Shown in pieces: positions 1-7,579 of a stretch of DNA of 64,000 nucleotides. Where the stretch lies: positions 62,473 to 126,472 of the forward strand of contig DAOPZC010000003.1 in assembly GCA_035353175.1 (NCBI GenBank), written 5' to 3'. The notes under the pieces were generated by a model that was not told the origin of the DNA, did not search any database, and saw only the letters and a list, made by a program, of their open reading frames with translations. Both the position numbers and the translations under genes were made by a program. The number at the start of each line of letters is the position of its first letter. Position 1 is the stretch's first letter. Source of the stretch: Kiritimatiellia bacterium (lineage in GTDB: Bacteria; Verrucomicrobiota; Kiritimatiellia; RFP12; UBA1067).

Positions 1-640
1 GCACAGGATCGCACCCCTCTGGCCGCCGGAGGCCCTGCGGCCACACCGGCCGGCCCGTCCACGCGTGCACTTCGGCGACGTCGCCGATGACCCCGGACCG
101 CAGAAGCGCGACCGCGCGGCGAAACTCCGGGGCGGCACTTCCTTGGTCGCCCAGCCGCAAGATCACACCGCACGAATCGGCCTTCTCCATCAGATGCTGC
201 GTCTCCGCGAGCGTCCGCGCCAAGGGCGGTTCGACGTAAACGTGGCAGCCTTTCTCCAGCGCCCACGCCGCCTGTACCGCATGGCCGTGATCGGGCGTAG
301 AGATGAACACCGCGTCCACGCCGCGCTCCGCCTCGAACATCACACGGAAGTCCTTGTAGAGCCGCACGTCCGGGCACGTCGCCGCCACCTTTTCGCGCCC
401 GGCCAGCAGCGCGGTCTCATCCACGTCGCACAACGCCACGATCCGGTCGCCCGCCTCGCACACGGCGCTCCAGTTGGCCTGGCCGCGCCCGCCCACGCCG
501 ATCACCGCGACATTCAGCCGCGCCCCGCCCCCTTTCGCCTGCACGACCCCGCGGCTGCGGGAGAAACTCATGCAGCCGCCCGACAGCAGCACGCCCGAGC
601 CTACCGATGTCCGCAGAAAATCTCTCCGTGTCACGCTCAT
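1..640 (-). CDS. Gfo/Idh/MocA family NAD(P)-dependent oxidoreductase, Tat-exported (partial; C-terminal part lies beyond window start)
   Basis: Not in the ORF track because it runs off the window edge. Translating the minus strand from the ATG at 640 gives MSVTRRDFLRTSVGSGVLLSGG... (twin-arginine RRDFL), then a Rossmann N-terminus (LNVAVIGVGGRGQANW...CDVDE...AVFISTPDHGH...LEKGCHVYVEPPLA), typical of the Gfo/Idh/MocA family. The frame stays open to position 1. Confidence 0.75.
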   Translation of the reverse strand, partial: MSVTRRDFLRTSVGSGVLLSGGCMSFSRSRGVVQAKGGGARLNVAVIGVGGRGQANWSAVCEAGDRIVALCDVDETALLAGREKVAATCPDVRLYKDFRVMFEAERGVDAVFISTPDHGHAVQAAWALEKGCHVYVEPPLARTLAETQHLMEKADSCGVILRLGDQGSAAPEFRRAVALLRSGVIGDVAEVHAWTGRPVWPQGLRRPEGCDPV

Positions 641-670
641 TCCGTCGCCTCCTCTTCCAACCGCCTCGCG

Positions 671-2035
671 TCAGTCGGTGTCCGCCAGTTCCCGCCGTCT
701 GAGCACCCAGCAGCCCGCCCCCGCGAAAAGAAGCGGAATCAGCAGGGCGTTCCACGCCAGAGACGTGCTCAACAACTCGGCGTCGAGCCGCTCGCCGCGC
801 GTCAACGCCGTCAGCGGCTCGGCCTGCAGGGCATGGCGGGTCACCTCGTGCACGCCGCGCGAGACCCAGATGCCGACCCGGTTCCGCCACAGTTTCTCGT
901 CCTCCTCCGACACCACCTGCACCACCGAGTTGCCGACCATCGTGAGCGCCAGCAGGACCGTCGCCACAAACGCCGCGACCGGCAGAGAGAAGCAGGCGCT
1001 CAGCGTCAGCCCGAACGCCGCCAGCAGCGCGAGCACGCTCCAGTGGACAAACGCCGAACGCAACAGGTTCGCCTCGAACGTGCCTCCCGGCGCCAGCAGT
1101 GCCACGTCCTGGCGGAACCGCAGCATCAGCCCCGACGCGAGCTTCGGATCGCCCGTGTGCCGGAAACTCAGCTCGAACTCCCGCAGCCCGTTCTCGGGCA
1201 GGGCACCGAACGCCCGCGTATCCACCGCAAACTCGATCTCGTTCTGCGTGAAATCATCCAGCGGCACCTCCACCGCCTGCTCCGGCCGCTCCAGGCTGCG
1301 CAGGACGCACACGCCCGTCACGTGTGCCCGCGTGCTGAACTCCGTGTCGAACCGGACCCGGACCGTCACCGCTTGCGCGCTCCGGACCGGCCGCGCCAAC
1401 TGGAATTTCCACGTCACCCGTTCGCCGGGATTGACGACGTCGTATTTCTCGCGCGCCTTCTCCTCCAGCACCCGCACAACCGTTTTCGCGCCGACCCCTT
1501 TCGGCAGCTCGTTCCGAGCCTTCATCTGCGCATACGCCTGCAGCGCCTCTTCCCGCGGCGGCGGCAGCAGCGGGCGCGCCACGCGGCGGCTCGAAGGCCG
1601 CTCCAGCGCATCCCATGCGCTTTGGTGCATCCGCCACCGCACTTGCCCGTACACGCCCGCGTAGACGGTCAGCAGCGCGGCCGCGTTCAGGAGCAGCAGC
1701 GCCAACCACTTGCCCAGCCAGAACTCCGCCGGGCGCAACGGCTTGACCGCCGAGAGCTGCATGCGCGCGCTGTCGATCTCCGCCGCGAAGAGCGCGCAGG
1801 ACGCCCACAGCGTCGCCAGGCACAGGATGCCGAACGCGAAGCCGAGGGTATAGCTCAGGAGAATATGCAGCTCGCCTTCGGGCGTGCCGTCGCCTTTGAT
1901 CGCGCCCGGCAAAACCGCGAGGCAGAGGGCGAGCAGCGCCAGCAGCGCCGCCACCACCTTGGTCCGCAGCGACGCGCGAAGCGCCAGCACGGTCACTCCG
2001 CCGATGCGGCGCACGCTCTCGGTCAGGCGGTCCAT
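671..2035 (-). CDS. polytopic membrane protein, probable permease/accessory subunit of the adjacent ABC-2 type transporter
   Basis: Internal start MDRLTESVRRIGG... overlaps the upstream ATPase stop in an ATGA arrangement (plus-strand 'tcat' at 2034-2037), indicating translational coupling. The N-terminus has three hydrophobic helices, followed by a ~200-aa soluble region and two C-terminal helices. The upstream part of the listed 584-aa ORF is the ATPase gene read in another frame. Confidence 0.6.
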   Translation of the reverse strand: MDRLTESVRRIGGVTVLALRASLRTKVVAALLALLALCLAVLPGAIKGDGTPEGELHILLSYTLGFAFGILCLATLWASCALFAAEIDSARMQLSAVKPLRPAEFWLGKWLALLLLNAAALLTVYAGVYGQVRWRMHQSAWDALERPSSRRVARPLLPPPREEALQAYAQMKARNELPKGVGAKTVVRVLEEKAREKYDVVNPGERVTWKFQLARPVRSAQAVTVRVRFDTEFSTRAHVTGVCVLRSLERPEQAVEVPLDDFTQNEIEFAVDTRAFGALPENGLREFELSFRHTGDPKLASGLMLRFRQDVALLAPGGTFEANLLRSAFVHWSVLALLAAFGLTLSACFSLPVAAFVATVLLALTMVGNSVVQVVSEEDEKLWRNRVGIWVSRGVHEVTRHALQAEPLTALTRGERLDAELLSTSLAWNALLIPLLFAGAGCWVLRRRELADTD

Positions 2036-2970
2036 CACGCGCCATCCTCTCGCGTAGCGCGCGACGCCTTCAGGAACGGCGCCATCTCGAAATCGCGCAA
2101 CCGGCCCTCCTGCGCCACGACCTGCAGGAAGAACGCCTCCAGGCTCATCGCGGGATAGTCTTGCTGCACCCTCCGGCCCACGCGCGCCTCCAGCTCGCCG
2201 CGCAGCGCCGCGGCGGAGGCCTCGTCCAGCCCTTCGACCAGAAAGCGCACCGCGTCCGGCTGGCGCAGCAGTTCGGCGATCTTGCCCTCGGCCCGCAAAA
2301 CGCCGCGCTCCAGAATCGCCACGCGGCCGCACACGTCCTCCACGTCGGCCAGCAGGTGCGACGTCATCAGCACCGTCACGCCGCCGTTGACCAACACCCG
2401 CACGATATCCTTCACCTCGCGGCACCCGATCGGATCGAGCCCCGAGGTGGGCTCGTCGAGCACCAGCAGCTCCGGGGCATTCACCAGCGCCTGCGCCAGC
2501 CCCACGCGGCGCGCCATGCCCTTCGAGAAACGGCCCACCGCCCGGTCCGCGGCGTGCTCGAGATCCACCATCGCCAGCAGTTCCCCCGTGCGCCGCGCCG
2601 CTTCCTGGCGGGGCAAGCCGAACAGGCTCGCGTAGTACATCAGCGTCTCGCGCGGCGTGAGGAAGGGGTGCAGGTGCGAGACCTCGGGCAGATACCCGAT
2701 CCGCGCTTTGACCCGCGTATCATCGGGCGGCGCGCCCAAGACGCGGATCTCGCCCCCCGTGGGACGCAGCAGTCCGAGCAGCATCTTGATCGTCGTGCTC
2801 TTGCCGGATCCGTTGGGTCCGAGCAGCCCGAACACCTCCCCCCGCCGAACCGTCAGCTCAAGGCCTTTGACCGCCTCCACCGTCGGACGGTGCCAGAAGT
2901 CGCGGAACACCTTCCTCAGCCCCCGCGTCTCAATGACTGTGTCTTGATCGGTCAACGTCTCACTCCTCAT
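2035..2970 (-). CDS. ABC transporter ATP-binding protein
   Basis: Walker A GLLGPNGSGKSTT, ABC signature FSKGMARRVGLA, Walker B LLVLDEPTSGLD, H-loop TSHLL. The ATG at 2970 is in frame with the ORF. Confidence 0.9.
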   Translation of the reverse strand: MRSETLTDQDTVIETRGLRKVFRDFWHRPTVEAVKGLELTVRRGEVFGLLGPNGSGKSTTIKMLLGLLRPTGGEIRVLGAPPDDTRVKARIGYLPEVSHLHPFLTPRETLMYYASLFGLPRQEAARRTGELLAMVDLEHAADRAVGRFSKGMARRVGLAQALVNAPELLVLDEPTSGLDPIGCREVKDIVRVLVNGGVTVLMTSHLLADVEDVCGRVAILERGVLRAEGKIAELLRQPDAVRFLVEGLDEASAAALRGELEARVGRRVQQDYPAMSLEAFFLQVVAQEGRLRDFEMAPFLKASRATREDGA

Positions 2971-2984
2971 TCCTGACTATTACC

Positions 2985-4073
2985 CTAACCCAAGTCCCGC
3001 TCTTGAAATGCCCGCCATCCCGCCGTCAGGCAAAGCGCGCAACAGGTGAGCGCATACGCGCCGGCCTGAGCCACATACGACCAAGCGACGCGGCCGCCGC
3101 GCGCCACCGCATCACACAGCCAAAAGTTCTGAACATCGGGCAACACCCCCGCCGCCACGCCGCGCAGGGAAAACAGCGGCGCGCTTCCGCCGGTCAGCGA
3201 ATCGCCCGCCAGGCCGAGAATCAGCGCCGTCGCACACACCGCCAGCGCCGCGCCCGTCTGCAGACGCGTCGCCAACGCCGTCGCCAGCGCCGCGAAGACC
3301 GCCAGCGCGAACAGCACCAGCAGCGCGACCGGAACCACCCGCAGGTTAAGCTCCGGATGATAGAACAGAAGCCGCACCGCCTCATGCGCGTGTCCGCACG
3401 CGCTCCCCGAGCAGCCGGTTTCGCCCAATGCCGGATACCACTGGCCGAAGCGGTTGTAGAAGCCCGAGAGCGCCGCGACCAGCACCTGCGACCCCGTGAC
3501 ACCGAAAAACGCCGAAACGCCGAAGCGGAACCGCCAGACATAGTGCCGGACCGCCGCCACAATCAGCGCCACCGCCACGCCCGCAAAGCTTAAGGTCAAC
3601 GTGAGTGGATCGGTTGCGTTCCCGGTGAAATCGGGCAGCGTCAGAAAGTGCGCCGAGCAGCGCTCCGCCACCAGCGTCGCGGCCAACACCCCGCACCAGA
3701 ACACGGCGACCACCGCAAACACCCCCAGCCATTTGGCCAGCAGGAACGTCGCGCGCGAGACCGGCTTGCCGATCACCGCCGCCGCGGTGCCGCGCGCGAT
3801 CTCCTCCGCCACCGACCGCCCCGCCGTGCCCGCGGCCAGCACCAGGCCGAACACCAGCATGCAGGAGAGCCCGCTGTCGCGCGCCAACCGGCCGTCTTCG
3901 CTGAAGCGGTGGAACTGGAACACCGGCACCAGCAGCGTCATCAGCACGGCCGACAGCAGGATCAGGAAGGCGATCGGCTGCTGGATCGCCTCAATCAGGG
4001 TGGTGCCCGTGATCGCGAAGACCTGCCCCAGCGTACGCCGCAGCCCCGCACGGGTCTGAAGATTTTGCGTCAT
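2985..4073 (-). CDS. ABC-2 family transporter permease
   Basis: 362 aa with six or more hydrophobic helices. It lies 15 bp upstream of the ATPase on the same strand, matching the ABC-2 (NosY/GldF-like) permease layout. Confidence 0.75.
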   Translation of the reverse strand: MTQNLQTRAGLRRTLGQVFAITGTTLIEAIQQPIAFLILLSAVLMTLLVPVFQFHRFSEDGRLARDSGLSCMLVFGLVLAAGTAGRSVAEEIARGTAAAVIGKPVSRATFLLAKWLGVFAVVAVFWCGVLAATLVAERCSAHFLTLPDFTGNATDPLTLTLSFAGVAVALIVAAVRHYVWRFRFGVSAFFGVTGSQVLVAALSGFYNRFGQWYPALGETGCSGSACGHAHEAVRLLFYHPELNLRVVPVALLVLFALAVFAALATALATRLQTGAALAVCATALILGLAGDSLTGGSAPLFSLRGVAAGVLPDVQNFWLCDAVARGGRVAWSYVAQAGAYALTCCALCLTAGWRAFQERDLG

Positions 4074-4121
4074 ACCGTTACAGTTTATCCGATCTCCCGG
4101 AAAGCGTCAAAGCCCCCTCCT

Positions 4122-4160
4122 GAAAACAAAAAAGCCGCCGGTCTCCCGGCGGCCTCTTTC
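4122..4160 (-). terminator. rho-independent terminator downstream of the Pro/Ala-rich protein gene
   Basis: On the minus strand the sequence reads GCCGCCGG-gaga-CCGGCGGC followed by TTTTTTGTTTT. This is an 8-bp GC stem with a U-tract, about 15 nt after the stop at 4172. Confidence 0.6.
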
Positions 4161-4171
4161 AGCAGCGCGCA

Positions 4172-5218
4172 TCAGTTCACGATGCGCCCGGGGCAGGGCA
4201 GCTCGGGGCCTTCGATGAAGGCTATGGCGTTCTTCCCTTTGACCGGGCCGACCGCCTGCGCGGCCAAGATCCACAGCAAAGCCGCCACGAGCACCGTCGC
4301 CGCGATCGCGGCAATGACCGAAATCGTCGTGAGCACCGAAGACTCCTCTTTCGCGGGGAAATCGATCGGGCTGAGGGGCGTCATCTGAACGCCCTCGGGG
4401 AACGCCTCGCCCTCTGCGGCGGCGCCCTCTTCCTTGGCGGCGCTGGGGCGCTTAATCTTCAGCGTCTTCTTCTGCGTCACAGACGCGTTGTCCGCGGCCA
4501 GCGCTTCGGCGGTCGGCAAGGCGGAGTCCGGAATGCGCGAGGTCTGCCGGGCCGCCGCCGTCGAGGGTTTCTGGACCGTGGGCGAGACCGGCGTCGCCGC
4601 CAGGTCCATCGGACGTTTCAGGCGGATCGTCTTCGGCCCTTCCTTCTCGGCGCCCACGGGGGCCACGCCGATCGCCGAATCCAACGAAATGCGCGAGGTC
4701 TTGGACTTCGCGGCCTGCACTTGCGCGCCCGACGGCGGCTTGGGGCCTTCCGGCAGAGGATTGGAACCGGGCGTCGGCGGATGCTGCGGCTGCAGCGGCG
4801 CGTTCAGGGGCGCGGGAGCGGCCGCCACCGGCTCGATCTTGGTGATCGGCTGCGTGGCCCCCGGCATATGGGCTGGCGCAGCCGAAGGGGCCATCACCGG
4901 GCGGAGCCGGACAGTCGCGGGACGGATCGCCGACGGCGTTACCGCCGCCACGGACTCGGGCACCGGGACGCGCGCGGTCGCGCGAGGATTGGCAGGCGCA
5001 GCCGCCGGAATGCCGACCGCCGGAGCGGCGGGAGCTTCGGCGGCCTCGGCAGGCTTGGCCGCATCCGCCGCAGGCGCGACCGGACGCAGTCGGACCGTGA
5101 TCGGGCGCGGGGCGCCCGGAGCAGCGGCGGGCGTGATCGGCGAAACCCCCTCCGGCTTAGTAAAGGGCAACACTTTCGGGGGAATCGCTCCCTGGGTAAC
5201 CTCATCCTGATCAGCCAT
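4172..5218 (-). CDS. Pro/Ala-rich, C-terminally membrane-anchored hypothetical protein
   Basis: A Shine-Dalgarno GGAGG precedes the ATG at 5218. The protein has a low-complexity P/A/V-rich N-terminal ~290 aa with internal repeats (ITVRLRPVAPA / ATVRLRPVMAPSAAPA) and a single C-terminal TM helix (VLTTISVIAAIAATVLVAALLWILAA). It is followed by a clean terminator. Confidence 0.55.
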   Translation of the reverse strand: MADQDEVTQGAIPPKVLPFTKPEGVSPITPAAAPGAPRPITVRLRPVAPAADAAKPAEAAEAPAAPAVGIPAAAPANPRATARVPVPESVAAVTPSAIRPATVRLRPVMAPSAAPAHMPGATQPITKIEPVAAAPAPLNAPLQPQHPPTPGSNPLPEGPKPPSGAQVQAAKSKTSRISLDSAIGVAPVGAEKEGPKTIRLKRPMDLAATPVSPTVQKPSTAAARQTSRIPDSALPTAEALAADNASVTQKKTLKIKRPSAAKEEGAAAEGEAFPEGVQMTPLSPIDFPAKEESSVLTTISVIAAIAATVLVAALLWILAAQAVGPVKGKNAIAFIEGPELPCPGRIVN

Positions 5219-5251
5219 AACTCGTGCCTCCGTCTCACGTGGACAGCCGTC

Positions 5252-5815
5252 TTACACGGCCATCACTTCCGCCTCTTTGTTTTTCAGTTCGCTGTCAATT
5301 TTCGCGATGTGGGCATCCGTCGCTTTCTGCACCTCATCGAAGCCGCGGTCCCGCTCGTCTTCCGTGATCTTGCCGTTCTTCTGCAGCGTCTTGACCAGTT
5401 CGTTCGCGTCGCGCCGCACATTGCGCACCGCGATGCGGGCCTCTTCGGACTGGCGCTTGGCCACCTTGACGATCTCCTTGCGGCGCTCCTCGTTCAGCTC
5501 CGGAATCGGGACCCGCACCACACGCCCGTCGTTCCGCGGCGTGACGCCGAGGTTGGCCGCGAGAATCGACTTCTCGATCTCCGGCAGGGCCGTGGGATCA
5601 TAGGCGCTGATCACAATCAGGCGCGGCTCCGGCGTCGAGATGTTCGCGATGTCGCGCAGCCGCGTCGGCACGCCGTAGTACATCACCTGCACGCCGTCCA
5701 CCAGCGCGGGCGAAGCCTTGCCCGTGCGCAATCCGGCAAACTGGTCCTTCAACACCTTGAGCGTGTTGTCCATCTTCTCCATCGCGTCGAGAAGCACTTC
5801 GTCTAACGTTTCCAT
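5252..5815 (-). CDS. frr: ribosome recycling factor
   Basis: Full-length RRF-like sequence (METLDEVLLDAMEKMDNTLKVLKDQFAGLRTGKASPALVDGVQV...RVPIPELNEERRKE...). Shine-Dalgarno AGGAGA upstream; sits directly after pyrH as in the conserved pyrH-frr pair. Confidence 0.95.
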   Translation of the reverse strand: METLDEVLLDAMEKMDNTLKVLKDQFAGLRTGKASPALVDGVQVMYYGVPTRLRDIANISTPEPRLIVISAYDPTALPEIEKSILAANLGVTPRNDGRVVRVPIPELNEERRKEIVKVAKRQSEEARIAVRNVRRDANELVKTLQKNGKITEDERDRGFDEVQKATDAHIAKIDSELKNKEAEVMAV

Positions 5816-5830
5816 CCCAGCTCTCCTGCT

Positions 5831-6538
5831 CTATCCGATTTGCGCTTTGTCGCCCACCAGCGTGCCGATGGTCTCACCGCACACGATTCGCTCCAGCGCA
5901 TCCTCGTCATAAAAATCGAACACCACGATCGGAATCCTGTTATCCATGCACAGCGCGAACGCCGCAGAATCCATCACCTTCAGCCGCTTGTGCAACGCGT
6001 CCTCGTAGCTCACCTTGTCGTACCGCGTCGCGTGCGGGTCCAGGTTCGGATCCGCCGTGTAAATCCCGTCCACTTTCGTGGCCTTCAGCAGCACCTCCGC
6101 GCCGATCTCGCTCGCGCGCAGAGCCGCCGCCGAGTCCGTGCTGAAATACGGGTTGCCCGTGCCGCCCGCGAAAATCACCACCCGGCCCTTTTCCAGATGC
6201 CGCATCGCTTTGCGCTGAATGAACGGCTCCGCGACCTGGTGCATCTCGATCGCCGTCTGAAGGCGCGTCTCCAGTCCCAACTGCTCCAGCGCGTTCTGCA
6301 TGGCCAAACCGTTGATGATCGTCGCCAGCATGCCCATGTTGTCGCCCGTGGTGCGGTTGACGCCCTTGGCCTCGCCCTTGAGCCCGCGGAAAATGTTCCC
6401 GCCGCCCAGCACGATGCCGATCTGCACGCCCAGCTCCACGATTTTCGCCACACGGCGGGCCATCGACGCCAACGCGTCGGGGTCAATGCACTCGCCCGAA
6501 GCCCGGTTTCCCAGCACCTCTCCGCTCAGCTTCAACAA
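5831..6538 (-). CDS. pyrH: UMP kinase
   Basis: LLKLSGEVL... GIVLGGGNIFRG ... MGMLATIINGLAMQ ... VIFAGGTGNPYFSTDSAAALRA: amino-acid kinase family, UMP-kinase motifs. The listed start is TTG; the true start is uncertain (see finding). Confidence 0.9.
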   Translation of the reverse strand: MLKLSGEVLGNRASGECIDPDALASMARRVAKIVELGVQIGIVLGGGNIFRGLKGEAKGVNRTTGDNMGMLATIINGLAMQNALEQLGLETRLQTAIEMHQVAEPFIQRKAMRHLEKGRVVIFAGGTGNPYFSTDSAAALRASEIGAEVLLKATKVDGIYTADPNLDPHATRYDKVSYEDALHKRLKVMDSAAFALCMDNRIPIVVFDFYDEDALERIVCGETIGTLVGDKAQIG

Positions 6539-6651
6539 AATCCGCTTATACTTGACACCACTCCGTTGCGTTTCCAGAAACGCCCCCTTTCAGCGCATTA
6601 TCAGAAACGGCAATAGCTTACCTAAACACCCCTGAAAGGTAAACCGCTTTT

Positions 6652-7467
6652 TTACCCCAGCGCCACGTCGAGAAACATCATGGTGGCGAAGCCGGCCATC
6701 ACGCCCATCGTGGGCACGTCCGAGCCGCGCGTCGACTGGGCTTCCGGAATCAGCTCCTCGGCCACCACGTAGATCATCGCCCCCGCCGCGAAGGCCAGCG
6801 CATAGGGCAGCGCCACCGCCATCTGGGTCACTGCGACCGCGCCGGCCACCGCCGCGATCGGCTCCACGACCCCCGAGGCCTGGCCGTACACAAAGGCCTT
6901 CCACCGCGAGAAGCCCTCGCGCCGCAGCGGCACCGAGACCGCCGCGCCCTCCGGAAAATTCTGCAGCCCGATGCCGATGGCCAGCGCCACCGCGCCGCCC
7001 AGCGTCGCCCCGTTGCCGCCCGCCGCCAGCGCGCCGAACGCCACGCCGACGGCCAGTCCCTCCGGAATGTTGTGCAGGGTGATCGCCAGCACCAGCAGCA
7101 CGCTGCGCCGCCAGTGCGTGTGGATGCCCTCGGGCTCTGCGTTGTGGTGCCCGCTCGGGTGCAGATGCGGCAGCAGCTTGTCCGACAGCCACAGAAAGCC
7201 CCCGCCCGCCAGAAAGCCGGTCACCGCAGGGACCACCCCGGAGCCGCCCGCCTTTTCCGCCATCTCGATCGCCGGCGCCAGGAGCGACCAGAACGAGGCC
7301 GCGATCATCACGCCCGAGGCGAAGCCGAGCATGCCGTTGAGCACGCTGCGGTTGATCGTCTTGAAAAAGAAGACGAGGCCCGCCCCGAGCGCCGTCACCC
7401 CCCACGTGAAGAGCGACGCGAAAAACGCCTGCGTCACATGTCCGTACGGTGTCAGCCACTCAGCCAT
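6652..7467 (-). CDS. zupT: ZIP family zinc transporter (ZupT-like)
   Basis: Eight TM helices and the metal-binding signature [13 protein letters not shown] / [10 protein letters not shown]. The ATG at 7467 is preceded by GGGGG; the track starts at an in-frame GTG 6 nt upstream. Confidence 0.85.
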   Translation of the reverse strand: MAEWLTPYGHVTQAFFASLFTWGVTALGAGLVFFFKTINRSVLNGMLGFASGVMIAASFWSLLAPAIEMAEKAGGSGVVPAVTGFLAGGGFLWLSDKLLPHLHPSGHHNAEPEGIHTHWRRSVLLVLAITLHNIPEGLAVGVAFGALAAGGNGATLGGAVALAIGIGLQNFPEGAAVSVPLRREGFSRWKAFVYGQASGVVEPIAAVAGAVAVTQMAVALPYALAFAAGAMIYVVAEELIPEAQSTRGSDVPTMGVMAGFATMMFLDVALG

Positions 7468-7484
7468 TGGCACCCCCTACATAA

Positions 7485-7579
7485 TGAGGAGTTAGGAATG
7501 AGGAATGCGAAGGTGGCGAATTCCTGCTGGTGAAAGAGGATCGTAACTCCTAATTCCTGACTCCTAATTCCTAATTAGC
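7485..7579. promoter_or_regulatory. AT-rich inverted repeat of AGGA-containing pentamers in the murA 3'UTR / zupT leader
   Basis: Arms at 7488-7504 (ggagttaggaatgagga) and 7548-7564 (tcctaattcctgactcc) are 15/17 complementary across a 43-nt spacer, with an extra partial copy at 7562-7575. Local GC is ~40% against a ~64% background. Confidence 0.3.

Noticed and set aside
65-2158. 697-aa plus-strand ORF, with nested ORFs at 474-1664 and 417-890
   Set aside because: Arg/His/Gln-rich low-complexity translation with no motifs. It is antisense to two well-supported minus-strand genes (Gfo/Idh/MocA and the ABC membrane protein). This is a typical high-GC open-frame artefact.
671-4073. Calling the ABC-2 operon a gliding-motility GldA/GldF/GldG system
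   Set aside because: Only the gross architecture fits. Family-specific motifs cannot be verified without HMMs, and PVC bacteria are not known gliders. Left as an uncharacterised ABC-2 exporter.
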